From positions 32,001 through 96,000 of the forward strand of contig CAVYYZ010000001.1 of NCBI GenBank assembly GCA_963772835.1: 64,000 bases of DNA, written 5' to 3'. The notes under the pieces were generated by a model. That model did not search any database. It was given only the letters and a program-made list of their open reading frames with translations, and was not told where the DNA came from. The position numbers were made by a program, and so were the translations under genes. Within the stretch, counting starts at the first letter, position 1; every line of letters starts with the position of its first letter. Origin of the DNA: an uncultured delta proteobacterium (lineage in GTDB: Bacteria > Desulfobacterota > Desulfuromonadia > Geobacterales > Pseudopelobacteraceae). Of this stretch, positions 38,007-47,836 are shown piece after piece.

Positions 38007-39011
38007 ATGGCGTTACGAGTTGCAATTAACGGGTTCGGCAGGATTGGCAGAATGGTACTGAGAGCAGCAAGCAAAGACAAAAATATTGAATTTGTAGCGA
38101 TTAACGATCTGACCGATGCAGCTACCCTGGCTCACCTTTTCAAATATGATTCAGTACACGGTACCTTTCCCGGCACGGTCGAGGCAAAAGACAACCAGCT
38201 CGTCATTAACGGTAAGGCCATAAAAATCTACGCCGTGCGAAACCCCGCAGAACTCCCGTGGAAAAAAGATAAGATTGATGTTGTACTTGAATCAACCGGT
38301 ATATTTACTTCCAGAGAAAAAGCTGAAATGCATATTCAGGCGGGTGCAAAAAAGGTCGTTATTTCAGCACCGGCTACCAATGAGGACATTACTATCGTCA
38401 TGGGTGTTAACGATCATCTGTATGACCCGAAAAAGCATGCAATTATTTCGAATGCGTCGTGTACAACCAATTGCCTTGCTCCTGTAGCAAAAGTATTGAA
38501 TGATACGTTCGGCATAGAGAAGGGATTGATTACGACGGTTCACTCTTATACAAATGACCAGAATATCCTCGATCTGCCTCATAAAGATCTGCGCCGGGCG
38601 AGAGCCGCTGCCATGTCAATGATTCCGACGACCACTGGAGCGGCAAAAGCAGTTTCTCTCGTGTTGCCTGAACTGAAAGGCAAGTTGGACGGTATGGCAA
38701 TTCGTGTGCCGACTCCAAATGTCTCAGTCGTTGATCTGGTCGTAACTGTGACAAAAAAAACAGATGCTGCCAAAGTGAACGCAGCCTTGAAAAAGGCATC
38801 CAAGGGGGTACTTAAAGGTATTTTAGGCTTTGAGGAGGCACCGCTCGTTTCAATTGATTTTAATGGCAACCCTTTGTCATCAATTGTTGATGCCTCCTGT
38901 ACAAAGGTTATTGGCGAATCGATGGTAAAGGTGCTCGCCTGGTACGACAACGAATGCGGATTTTCAAACCGCGTGGTTGACCTCTTCCGCTTAATCGCTT
39001 CAAAAAAATAG
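38007..39011 (+). CDS. gap: Glyceraldehyde-3-phosphate dehydrogenase type I
   Basis: [34 protein letters not shown]. Confidence 0.98.
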   Translation: MALRVAINGFGRIGRMVLRAASKDKNIEFVAINDLTDAATLAHLFKYDSVHGTFPGTVEAKDNQLVINGKAIKIYAVRNPAELPWKKDKIDVVLESTGIFTSREKAEMHIQAGAKKVVISAPATNEDITIVMGVNDHLYDPKKHAIISNASCTTNCLAPVAKVLNDTFGIEKGLITTVHSYTNDQNILDLPHKDLRRARAAAMSMIPTTTGAAKAVSLVLPELKGKLDGMAIRVPTPNVSVVDLVVTVTKKTDAAKVNAALKKASKGVLKGILGFEEAPLVSIDFNGNPLSSIVDASCTKVIGESMVKVLAWYDNECGFSNRVVDLFRLIASKK

Positions 39012-39033
39012 CAACAGATCAGTACGTAAGGAG

Positions 39034-39060
39034 GAGGGGGATTATTCCCCCTCTTTTTTT
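39034..39060 (+). terminator. Intercistronic terminator-like hairpin between gap and pgk
   Basis: GAGGGGGA-TTAT-TCCCCCTC followed by a T7 run. Confidence 0.7.
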
Positions 39061-39098
39061 GCCGCTCTCGAAATATACTATAAATATGGAGGTCAACC

Positions 39099-40295
39099 GT
39101 GTCGATTCGATATATCGATGAAATTAAGAATCTGAAGGGTAAAAAGGTTTTCATTCGTGTTGATTTCAACATTCCCCAGGACGACAAAGGAACCATTACT
39201 GAAGATACTCGAATCGTCGGCGCGGTCCCGACAATTAAATACGCTCTGGAACAGGGTGCAAAAGTTGTTCTGGCCTCCCATCTTGGCCGCCCCAAGGGAG
39301 AGAAAAAAGCTAAATACAGTATGGCCCCGGCCACGGCACGACTTTCTGAACTGCTTGGCAAACCGGTGACCCAGGCGCCGGACTGTTTCGGGCCTGATGT
39401 GGATGTCCTTATAAATGCCATGAAACCGGGCGAGGCGGTCATGCTTGAAAATGTCCGTTTCTATCCAGGCGAGGAAAAAAACGATGCCTCCTTCGCTGAA
39501 AAGCTGGCCAATGGATGCGAAATTTACGTCAATGACGCTTTTGCTGTGTCACATCGCGCGCATGCATCTGTTGAAGCGATTACCAGGAATATCCCTGTAA
39601 TTGCGGCCGGTTTTCTGATGAGAAATGAAATGACTTTTTTTGACAAGGCAATGCAGAATCCTGTCAGGCCGCTTGTCGCGATTCTGGGCGGCGCTAAGGT
39701 CTCCGGGAAACTCGAGGTTCTTGAAACACTTATAAATAAAGTAGACAAGGTCGTTATCGGTGGTGGCATGGCGTTCACCTTCCTGAAGGCCATGGGTTAT
39801 AACGTTGGTAAGTCCCTTGTAGAGGATGAATTGATACCTACTGCCCGTACCATCATGGAAACGGCACGCACCAAAGGAGTCATGTTCTATCTTCCGGTGG
39901 ACTGCGTTGTTGCTAATGCTTTTGAGGCAAACGCAACCAACTTCATCACCACTGCTCAGGAAATACCCGCTGGATGGATGGCACTTGATATCGGACCGGC
40001 AACGACAACTCTGTTCGCTGAAACTTTGCGTGACGCAAAAACCGTTATATGGAATGGCCCAATGGGTGTCTTTGAAATGGATGCCTTTTGCAGGGGAACG
40101 TATGCGATGGCTGAAGCGGTTGCAAACTGCTTTGCCACCACTATAATCGGAGGTGGAGATACAGACTCAGCCGTCCGCAAAGCCGGAGTGGAAAACCGGG
40201 TCAGTTATATATCAACCGGAGGAGGGGCCTTTCTGGAATTGTTGGAGGGGAAAACACTGCCCGGGGTCAATGCACTCGAAGTCACAGCTAAATGA
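39099..40295 (+). CDS. pgk: Phosphoglycerate kinase
   Basis: [38 protein letters not shown]. Confidence 0.98.
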   Translation: MSIRYIDEIKNLKGKKVFIRVDFNIPQDDKGTITEDTRIVGAVPTIKYALEQGAKVVLASHLGRPKGEKKAKYSMAPATARLSELLGKPVTQAPDCFGPDVDVLINAMKPGEAVMLENVRFYPGEEKNDASFAEKLANGCEIYVNDAFAVSHRAHASVEAITRNIPVIAAGFLMRNEMTFFDKAMQNPVRPLVAILGGAKVSGKLEVLETLINKVDKVVIGGGMAFTFLKAMGYNVGKSLVEDELIPTARTIMETARTKGVMFYLPVDCVVANAFEANATNFITTAQEIPAGWMALDIGPATTTLFAETLRDAKTVIWNGPMGVFEMDAFCRGTYAMAEAVANCFATTIIGGGDTDSAVRKAGVENRVSYISTGGGAFLELLEGKTLPGVNALEVTAK

Positions 40296-40308
40296 AAAGG
40301 GGACACTG

Positions 40309-41064
40309 ATGAGAACACCGGTTATTGCAGGAAACTGGAAGCTCTTTAAATCGATCGCTGAATCGGTCGCTCTGGTTCAACAACTTAAGCCGCTCGTGGC
40401 GAACTGTCAGGGTGTAGAAATCGTTGTTGCGCCTGTTTTTACCGCTTTGAGCCGCGTTAGTGATGCTATTGAAGGCTCAAACGTCAGGATGGCTGCTCAG
40501 GATTGTTATTGGGAGGAGGAAGGGGCTTTTACGGGAGAAGTGGCTCCGAAACTGTTGAAAGACGCCGGATGCAGTTACGTTATAATAGGACATTCAGAGC
40601 GGCGGCAGTTTTTTGGTGAGTCGGATCTGACCGTCAGCAGGAAAGCCAAGGCCGTCATCGCAGCCGGGTTATGCGCCATCGTCTGCGTAGGGGAGTCATT
40701 GGCCGAACGGGAATCAGGCCAGACTTTTTCAGTCATAGAATCACAGGTTAAAGGAAGTCTGGCAAGTCTTGGGACAGAGTCATTTACCCATGTCATACTT
40801 GCATACGAGCCTGTGTGGGCTATCGGTACAGGAAAAACGGCCAGTGATACCCAGGCTCAAGAAGTTCACGTTTTCATCCGGAAATTGCTTGCCGGACAGT
40901 TTGGTCAGTCGGTAGCCGATGCTACTCGCATACTTTATGGTGGCAGTGTAAAGCCTGATAACGTCAAAGGGCTGATGGCTCAAGCTGACATTGACGGTGC
41001 TCTTGTAGGCGGAGCGAGTCTTAATGCAGAATCTTTTGCGGCAATTGCCAATTTTAACTCTTGA
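40309..41064 (+). CDS. tpiA: Triosephosphate isomerase
   Basis: AGNWK, IGHSERR, AYEPVWAIGTG, YGGSV, LVGGASL. Confidence 0.98.
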   Translation: MRTPVIAGNWKLFKSIAESVALVQQLKPLVANCQGVEIVVAPVFTALSRVSDAIEGSNVRMAAQDCYWEEEGAFTGEVAPKLLKDAGCSYVIIGHSERRQFFGESDLTVSRKAKAVIAAGLCAIVCVGESLAERESGQTFSVIESQVKGSLASLGTESFTHVILAYEPVWAIGTGKTASDTQAQEVHVFIRKLLAGQFGQSVADATRILYGGSVKPDNVKGLMAQADIDGALVGGASLNAESFAAIANFNS

Positions 41065-41174
41065 CCTGTACCAGGCTGTTGATCTGTTTATACGGTTGCT
41101 TCACTTATAACTTTACAGCAAGTAAATTGCTGTGCTATAAATTTTCTCTTTAAATCGCTGCAAGGGGATCCGGT

Positions 41175-41537
41175 ATGACAATTGTTCTTACAATTCTGCA
41201 TGTAATCGTTAGTCTATTTTTAATAGGTGTTGTATTGTTGCAATCCGGAAAGGGTGCTGAAATGGGCGCATCATTCGGAAGCAGTGGCAGCCAGTCTGTT
41301 TTTGGAGCAGGGGGGGGGACTTCCTTTCTGAGTAAATTAACAACCAGCGCTGCTGTTATCTTTATGTTGACTTCACTGACTCTGGCATATCTTTCCGGTC
41401 AGCCTTCATCTTCCTCTATGATGTCTGGTAAAGGGAAAACAGCACCAGAGCAGGCACCAATTGCTGCACCGGCTCCTCAGAAAGCAGATTCGGTTCCTGC
41501 TCCCGTTTCTCCTGCTGCCCCTGCTCAGAAAAAATAA
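41175..41537 (+). CDS. secG: Preprotein translocase subunit SecG
   Basis: VLLQSGKGAEMGASFG...FLSKLT, two TM helices; typical tpiA-secG-tRNA-Leu order. Confidence 0.95.
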   Translation: MTIVLTILHVIVSLFLIGVVLLQSGKGAEMGASFGSSGSQSVFGAGGGTSFLSKLTTSAAVIFMLTSLTLAYLSGQPSSSSMMSGKGKTAPEQAPIAAPAPQKADSVPAPVSPAAPAQKK

Positions 41538-41653
41538 TATTTACACTTGAAAAAGCTGAATGGCTGTGTTAGAGATACCGCCCATTGTTTAGATAACAGC
41601 GTTAAAATTTTAGACTCTATATAGGTGTACACGGTATTTTGTGTACTCTGCTT

Positions 41654-41740
41654 GCGGTGGTGGCGGAACTGGTAGACGCACCAGCTTGAGGGGCTGGCGG
41701 GGGCAACTCCGTGATGGTTCGATTCCATTCCACCGCACCA
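41654..41740 (+). tRNA. tRNA-Leu(GAG)
   Basis: GCGGTGG...CCACCGC-ACCA; anticodon arm CCAGC-TTGAGGG-GCTGG; long variable arm. Confidence 0.95.
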
Positions 41741-41765
41741 GTTAAATATCCGGCACATCCGGATT

Positions 41766-41805
41766 ATAAACAAAAGGCCCTGAGAAATCAGGGCCTTTTG
41801 TTTAT
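41766..41805 (+). terminator. Intrinsic terminator after tRNA-Leu (potentially bidirectional)
   Basis: ATAAACAAAAGGCCCTGA-GAAA-TCAGGGCCTTTTGTTTAT perfect inverted repeat. Confidence 0.88.
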
Positions 41806-41970
41806 TGTTGGTCTTATGTCTTCATCTTCCAGGCGATTCCTAAGAACCTCTCGCTATGATGTGAATGGAGCATTGTAGGGCAAAGAATGACTCTTGCGTC
41901 GTGATTATATAATGCAGTAGTCTGAAGCCTATACACATTTCAAACTCAATTCCAGCGCCAATAACCCCAC

Positions 41971-42002
41971 AAAAAAAAGACCTAACCGCAATTGGTTAAG
42001 TC
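41971..42002 (-). terminator. Terminator after tRNA-Arg(UCU)
   Basis: Minus strand GACTTAACC-AATTGC-GGTTAGGTC followed by T8. Confidence 0.7.
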
Positions 42003-42010
42003 CCTGTTTA

Positions 42011-42087
<77 letters not shown>

Positions 42088-42144
42088 ATTAATAAAGCGG
42101 CAATTGATTGAGTGCCGCTTCCTTGTTATCTTTCAGCTGGCAGG

Positions 42145-42173
42145 ACTATATAATTCATAGTCCCTTTTGTCAA
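42145..42173 (-). promoter_or_regulatory. sigma70 promoter of tRNA-Arg(UCU)
   Basis: Minus strand TTGACA-N17-TATAGT. Confidence 0.7.
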
Positions 42174-42200
42174 GGTTTGTAGCCGGTTATGGGGAAAAAT

Positions 42201-42240
42201 AAAAAAATCTGATAACCCTTTTTGTTCGAGTTATCAGATT
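42201..42240 (-). terminator. Terminator after tRNA-Arg(UCG)
   Basis: AATCTGATAAC...GTTATCAGATT inverted repeat with a T-run on the minus strand. Confidence 0.7.
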
Positions 42241-42249
42241 CATGTTGTT

Positions 42250-42326
42250 TGGTACGCCCGGACCGATTCGAACGGCCGACACCCAGGTTCGAAGCCTGGT
42301 GCTCTATCCAGCTGAGCTACGGGCGC
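42250..42326 (-). tRNA. tRNA-Arg(UCG)
   Basis: Reverse complement GCGCCCG...CGGGCGT-ACCA; anticodon arm CCAGG-CTTCGAA-CCTGG. Confidence 0.93.
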
Positions 42327-42662
42327 GAATGGTTTCTATGATTTTTTGCAGAGGTAGATTCAGCAATTAATAGTTGACCCTTTAGCCGATCATACTGCGA
42401 CCAAACATATATCCTGTTCGACCCTAAAAGTCAAAGGCTCTTCTCATTAATCCAGTTTCTTATGGACTTTAATGGGATCTTAATTTCCCGAACGCAGGTA
42501 TATGTGCGACAAATCGTCATCTGGAACATTTTTCCCGAGTTTAGTCGGGCTGCAAGCCTCACCTCTGCATGGACAAGCAACCCATTCAAACCCAAAGGGA
42601 GGGCAGCAGGTGTCACGAAACTCCGGACTGTGAAACCGTTCTGATACAACAGTACGTGAAAA

Positions 42663-42896
42663 TTAGAAGGCGGTCAGTGCGGAGCGTATCCTCAACTCAA
42701 GCTTCTCGCAAGGCAAGTCATTTTGCAGGGCACTCAGTTCAGATTTATAGATCAACACACTGACCATTTGGCTGCCGGAGTATAGGTGCAGGAGGTGCAC
42801 ATCAAGACAGCCAACGGTTGAACCTTCAATTACATTGACCTTCGTTAGCTGTATCCCGATTTGAGCCGCAAGATCGGTAGCATATTTTTCTATCAT
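42663..42896 (-). CDS. Small hypothetical protein
   Basis: 77-aa ATG ORF with protein-like alpha/beta pattern in an otherwise gene-free AT-rich gap; weak RBS. Confidence 0.55.
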   Translation of the reverse strand: MIEKYATDLAAQIGIQLTKVNVIEGSTVGCLDVHLLHLYSGSQMVSVLIYKSELSALQNDLPCEKLELRIRSALTAF

Positions 42897-43278
42897 TTGT
42901 CACGTTTCCAAGTGTGAATTAATAATAAAGTAACGAAACCCCGGCTTTGATGGTGACTGGATCCGGTGCTGTGAAAGGAGGTGTCCTTTGAGCTATACAG
43001 GTAAGTATTCTAATGAACAAGACTATTTTTATTCATTCTAATCCATATACGTGCGGCTCATTTAAGTCTGGTGCCCCATTCAGATGGGCAACGGGACCGA
43101 TCTCTTATTGAACGAGCTCTATTTGGCGGGGAGTTTACAAAAGCGTATGGAATTGTTGGGCCAGAGTTACATCAGTTACGTTTGAGAATATGATATTGAA
43201 GTCAGATTTGCTTACAATACGTTTGGCTGATACGTAAAGATGCTACGTCACGGCAGAAGCTTGAATCTGGTGTAATAG

Positions 43279-44205
43279 TTATTCTTGCTGCTTCCCGTAC
43301 TGTTTAATAAAAGACTGTATCTGCCGTGCCGTCTCACTTTTTGAATCCAGTTCAAGATACCGCCTCCACATTACGAGCGCTTTCGGAATGTTGTTCATGT
43401 CGAACGCTGACACATATCCGCTATTGTAGAGACTCTCGAGATTGTTTGGGTCAATTGAAAATGCTTTTTCAAAATTTGTCAGAGCTCGCTTAAAATCTCC
43501 GGTCTGACGATACATTGCCCCCTGATCATTGAGAACATCGGTGTCATCGGGTCGTAAAATAAGTACTCGTTCATACGCTTTGATTGCCAGTTCAGGTTGG
43601 TCGGTATCAAAATATATATTTCCCAGTTCTCTCCACGTTTCAACAGTGGCCTCTTTTGAGTCCGCTTTTTTTTGCAGGTTTTCGATCTGCTGCAGTTTGT
43701 CACTGCTCAGAGGTGTACCAGCTACTGTATCCGGATTCTTAGATTGTTCAGGTTCACCCGTCTCAATTGTTTCTTCAGCACTCTCATCCAGAATAGGGCA
43801 GATTATTTGAGATGCGTTCTCAAGTACTGATCCAGGGAGTATCGATTCAAGCTGCCCTCCCCCCTGCAGCCGCTTCAAACGCGCTCTTGATACTCCTAAT
43901 ATATCAATCAAGCCGAGTAAAGCGGTCTGCTCGCTACAGTCTATTTCATAGAATTCAAGATGAGAGCGATACTGTTTTTCCTTGTATTCTACCGCTGCTA
44001 ATCTACGCTCAGGCTCTCCAAGAGGTATAAAACGGAGCCACATTTCCAACCGTCCCAGAGGAGTTAACCGGATGGAGTGCACGTCATAGGAGACCATGAA
44101 TCTTGAAGTGCCGTTAAGGGGTTGCCACAGGACAGCATGTGCGTTCTGCTGGACTCCACACAGCAATATCACTGCTACACAAAATTGAAATATTAATCGC
44201 AGCAT
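43279..44205 (-). CDS. Exported protein: adhesin-E-like N-terminal domain plus TPR repeats
   Basis: Signal peptide (NAHA/VLW), W...YEIDC motif, C-terminal TPRs (WRELGNIYFD, VLNDQGAMYRQ, SLYNSGYV). Confidence 0.8.
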   Translation of the reverse strand: MLRLIFQFCVAVILLCGVQQNAHAVLWQPLNGTSRFMVSYDVHSIRLTPLGRLEMWLRFIPLGEPERRLAAVEYKEKQYRSHLEFYEIDCSEQTALLGLIDILGVSRARLKRLQGGGQLESILPGSVLENASQIICPILDESAEETIETGEPEQSKNPDTVAGTPLSSDKLQQIENLQKKADSKEATVETWRELGNIYFDTDQPELAIKAYERVLILRPDDTDVLNDQGAMYRQTGDFKRALTNFEKAFSIDPNNLESLYNSGYVSAFDMNNIPKALVMWRRYLELDSKSETARQIQSFIKQYGKQQE

Positions 44206-44503
44206 AACCTTCCCGTCCTGACAAATTGATGGTAGAGTCGTTATTCAATTGCCTTGAGTTTGTTCTGTTCGTATTTATGCGTATGATGTGTTCGTTGTCA
44301 AGCAGCTTCAATCACTGAAAACGAATAGTACTGATCGTTTATGTGAGCTATGGGAGTGAAGTATAATCATACAAAGATGCTTGAAGTAACATATACTCCC
44401 CTGTAGTAAGTTAGAAGTTGATTTTTGCGCCTGTATTGGTGGAAAATAGCTCCGTTAAGGCACTTATGCTGTGTATCAGTGCTAGAATACAAGAGGTACA
44501 ATA

Positions 44504-46369
44504 ATGTTGCTTGAATCAATCGACTCACCGTCTGATCTGAAAAAATTGAACACGGAACAACTTCCTGAGCTCGCTGCAGAAGTCCGGAAATTCCTTCTGG
44601 AAACGGTTTCTGCTACCGGTGGCCATCTCGGCTCAAATCTTGGAACGGTTGAACTGTCGATTGCCTTGCATTACTGTTTTGACTCACCCCGGGATAAAAT
44701 AATCTGGGATGTCGGGCATCAGGCGTACACTCACAAGATTCTTACCGGGCGTCGAGGGCGATTTCATACACAGCGACAGTACAAGGGCATTTCCGGTTTT
44801 CCGAAGCGTTGTGAGTCCGAGCATGATGCATTCGGGGTTGGTCACTCCTCAACCTCCATCTCGGCCGGTCTTGGTATGGCGGCGGCTTCCAGCCTTGATG
44901 GCAAAAGGAGTCACTCAATTGCGGTGATTGGTGATGGCTCATTGACCGGAGGTATGGCTTTCGAAGCGTTGAATCAAGCCGGCCACCTCAAAAAAAACCT
45001 GATCGTAATTCTTAACGACAACGAAATGTCAATTTCAAAGAATGTCGGTGCTTTTTCCGCCTTTATTTCCCGCAAGATGACGGGGCGTTACTACCGGGAT
45101 TTAAAAAAAGAGATGCAGGCATTACTGAAGCATATTCCCGCTTTTGGCACAGACATACTTCATTTTGCCCGTCGGGCGGAAAATTCGCTGAAGGGTTTTC
45201 TCACCCCCGGTTCCCTCTTTGAAGCTCTCGGTTTTGATTATATTGGACCTTTAGATGGGCACAATCTGCCACAGCTGGTCGATGTATTCAACAACATCAA
45301 TCAACTGGATGGCCCGTTGCTGGTGCATGTAATGACAACGAAAGGTAAGGGGTATAAGCCTGCCGAAGAGACTCCGGCCAAATATCATGGTGTGGGGATT
45401 TTTGATGTTGCAACAGGTAAAGGGGCCGCAAAACCAGCTGTCAGGTCATATACGGACATATTCGGCGAGACGTTGGTACAATTAGCGACTGAAGATCCAA
45501 AAATTATTGCTATAACTGCCGCCATGCCCGATGGAACAGGGCTCAATCCGTTTGCGCAGCGTTTTCCGGACCGTTTTTTTGATGTCGGCATAGCCGAACA
45601 GCATGCCATGGTTTTTTCAGCCGGTCTGGCTGCAGAAGGCTTCAGGCCCGTGGTTGCAATATATTCAACCTTCGTTCAGCGCGCATACGATCAGGTCTTT
45701 CATGATATCTGCCTCCAGCATCTACCTGTTACCATAGCTATGGACCGGGCCGGATTGGTGGGTGATGATGGTCCGACTCATCATGGTGTTTTCGATCTTT
45801 CCTATATGAGGCACCTTCCCGGATTAACGGTGATGGCGCCAAAAGATGAGAACGAATTACGTCATATGCTTAAGACAGCTATTTACAGCGGTTCGCCGAT
45901 TTCGCTCCGTTACCCGAGAGGGGCGGGCTATGGTGTCGAACTGGATAGTGAGTTGAAATGTCTGGAAATAGGAAAGGGTGAACAGCTGCTCGACGGCAGT
46001 GATGTGACCATTATCGCAATCGGAGCAACGGTCTACCCCTCAATTCAGGCGGCTGATGCACTCAGGCTGAAGGGAATTTCTGCCGGGGTCATAAACGCCC
46101 GTTTTGTGAAGCCGCTTGATACAGAACTTATTCTCGGTGCTGCCCGCCGGACCGACAGAATAATTACGGTGGAGGAAAATGCTTTGCAAGGCGGTTTTGG
46201 CAGTGCCGTACTGGAACTGCTGTATGACAATAACATGCAGAATGTTAAGGTGCGTCGTTTGGGTCTTCCCGATCATTACATAGAACAGGGGAGTCAGGCA
46301 CAGCTGCGCAAGGATGTCGGAATTGATGCGGAAGGAATTACCGCTGCTGCTTTAGAATTTATGAAATGA
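44504..46369 (+). CDS. dxs: 1-deoxy-D-xylulose-5-phosphate synthase
   Basis: [46 protein letters not shown]. Confidence 0.98.
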   Translation: MLLESIDSPSDLKKLNTEQLPELAAEVRKFLLETVSATGGHLGSNLGTVELSIALHYCFDSPRDKIIWDVGHQAYTHKILTGRRGRFHTQRQYKGISGFPKRCESEHDAFGVGHSSTSISAGLGMAAASSLDGKRSHSIAVIGDGSLTGGMAFEALNQAGHLKKNLIVILNDNEMSISKNVGAFSAFISRKMTGRYYRDLKKEMQALLKHIPAFGTDILHFARRAENSLKGFLTPGSLFEALGFDYIGPLDGHNLPQLVDVFNNINQLDGPLLVHVMTTKGKGYKPAEETPAKYHGVGIFDVATGKGAAKPAVRSYTDIFGETLVQLATEDPKIIAITAAMPDGTGLNPFAQRFPDRFFDVGIAEQHAMVFSAGLAAEGFRPVVAIYSTFVQRAYDQVFHDICLQHLPVTIAMDRAGLVGDDGPTHHGVFDLSYMRHLPGLTVMAPKDENELRHMLKTAIYSGSPISLRYPRGAGYGVELDSELKCLEIGKGEQLLDGSDVTIIAIGATVYPSIQAADALRLKGISAGVINARFVKPLDTELILGAARRTDRIITVEENALQGGFGSAVLELLYDNNMQNVKVRRLGLPDHYIEQGSQAQLRKDVGIDAEGITAAALEFMK

Positions 46370-46376
46370 GGATGCC

Positions 46377-47102
46377 ATGACTTTAGAGGAAGCACGAAGT
46401 AAAATCATATTTGCCCTGGATGTACATGGACTGGAAGATATTGACCGGTGGGCTGACACATTGGCTGGCAAAGTAGGCATGTTTAAAGTCGGCAAGGAAC
46501 TGTTTACTTCCTGCGGACCTGCTGCTGTCAAGGCTGTACAGCGTCATGGCGGACAGGTGTTTCTCGATCTGAAATACCACGACATTCCGAATACTGTTGC
46601 GAGTGCGATGCTTGCAGCGGCACGCCTTGGAGTTCAAATTACCAATCTGCACGCTCTGGGAGGTTCTGAAATGATGGAAACGGCAGTCACTGCAGTGCAC
46701 AGGGAGTTCAGCCATGGGGGACGCCCGAAACTTCTCGCTGTGACGATCCTGACCTCATCTACCGTCCAGACACTTCGACAGGTGGGAATCGAGCATTCAG
46801 TGCAGGATATGGTGGTGCGTTTGGCCAGACTTGCCAAGGAATCCGGAATGGATGGAGTCGTCGCTTCCCCGCTTGAGATCGGTCTTATCAGAGAAGCCTG
46901 CGGCACCGATTTTCTGATTGTCACCCCGGGGGTGCGCCCGGCTTTTGCTGCAGCTGATGACCAGAAGCGTATTATGACTCCGGCAGCGGCGGTCTCATCA
47001 GGAGCTGACTATCTGGTAATCGGCCGGCCGATAGCCAAAGCGATCAATCCCGTTGAAGCGGCGGAATGTATTGCTGTAGAAATTACGGAAGGTGCGGTAT
47101 GA
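46377..47102 (+). CDS. pyrF: Orotidine 5'-phosphate decarboxylase
   Basis: IFALD, FLDLKYHDIPNT, VTPGVR, DDQKR, VIGRPI. Confidence 0.97.
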   Translation: MTLEEARSKIIFALDVHGLEDIDRWADTLAGKVGMFKVGKELFTSCGPAAVKAVQRHGGQVFLDLKYHDIPNTVASAMLAAARLGVQITNLHALGGSEMMETAVTAVHREFSHGGRPKLLAVTILTSSTVQTLRQVGIEHSVQDMVVRLARLAKESGMDGVVASPLEIGLIREACGTDFLIVTPGVRPAFAAADDQKRIMTPAAAVSSGADYLVIGRPIAKAINPVEAAECIAVEITEGAV

Positions 47103-47836
47103 AAGGAGAATTGATATTTGGTGTTAATCCGGTAAAAGAATCTCTGCAGGGAACCCGCGGCGCCTTCAACCTGTATGTACAGATCAGTGCCACCGATCAT
47201 CGAGTTGAAAAGATAATCAGGCTGGCCGAAGAACGTGGCGTTGCGGTCCATCGGCGGGATAAGGTTGATCTTACCAAGATGTGCACTTCATCCCATCATC
47301 AGGGGATTGCACTTGAGGTAGAGCCCTTTCAATATACCGATTTCGACAATCTGCTGGTATCTGTCACTCAGTCCGGCAGCCCCGGGTTTATTTTGGTTCT
47401 CGATGCCATTCAGGATCCTCACAATCTGGGCGCTCTGATTCGTTCGGCCGCCTGTGCCGGGGTTGACGGCGTCATTATACCCAAAGATCGAGCCTGCGGT
47501 ATTACCGCAGCCGCCGAGAAGACTTCGGCCGGTGCTGTTGAAACAGTTCCGGTGGCTTTGGTTACCAATATTGCTCAAACGCTCGAAACTTTGAAAAAGC
47601 TCGGTTACTGGGTGTATGGACTCGATGGTGCCGCCCGGCAGTCCGTCTATGGAACAGATTTCTCAGGAAACGTTGCTCTGGTGGTTGGCGGGGAAGGTGA
47701 GGGGATCAGGCCGCTCGTGCGCAAACAGTGTGATGTTGTGATGTCTATCCCGCAGTTTGGCGGTGTTAGTTCTCTTAACGCTTCAGTAGCCGGGGGGATT
47801 GCACTGTTTGAAATTGCGAGGAAGATTCGGGGTTAA
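47099..47836 (+). CDS. rlmB: 23S rRNA (guanosine-2251-2'-O)-methyltransferase
   Basis: HHQGI, DAIQDPHNLGALIRSA, GGEGEG, SLNASVA (SPOUT fold). Confidence 0.93.
   Translation: MKGELIFGVNPVKESLQGTRGAFNLYVQISATDHRVEKIIRLAEERGVAVHRRDKVDLTKMCTSSHHQGIALEVEPFQYTDFDNLLVSVTQSGSPGFILVLDAIQDPHNLGALIRSAACAGVDGVIIPKDRACGITAAAEKTSAGAVETVPVALVTNIAQTLETLKKLGYWVYGLDGAARQSVYGTDFSGNVALVVGGEGEGIRPLVRKQCDVVMSIPQFGGVSSLNASVAGGIALFEIARKIRG

Noticed and set aside
38579..39442. 287-aa minus-strand ORF across gap/pgk
   Set aside because: Antisense to two conserved glycolytic genes, with no motifs.
42935..43010. GEMM-I (c-di-GMP/cGAMP) riboswitch on the minus strand
   Set aside because: Only a 3'-like AAAGCCGGGGTTTCG segment resembles it; the GNRA-capped P2 and receptor elements are missing.
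43047..43252. Five scattered TACGT pentamers
   Set aside because: Irregular spacing and a very short motif; compatible with chance.
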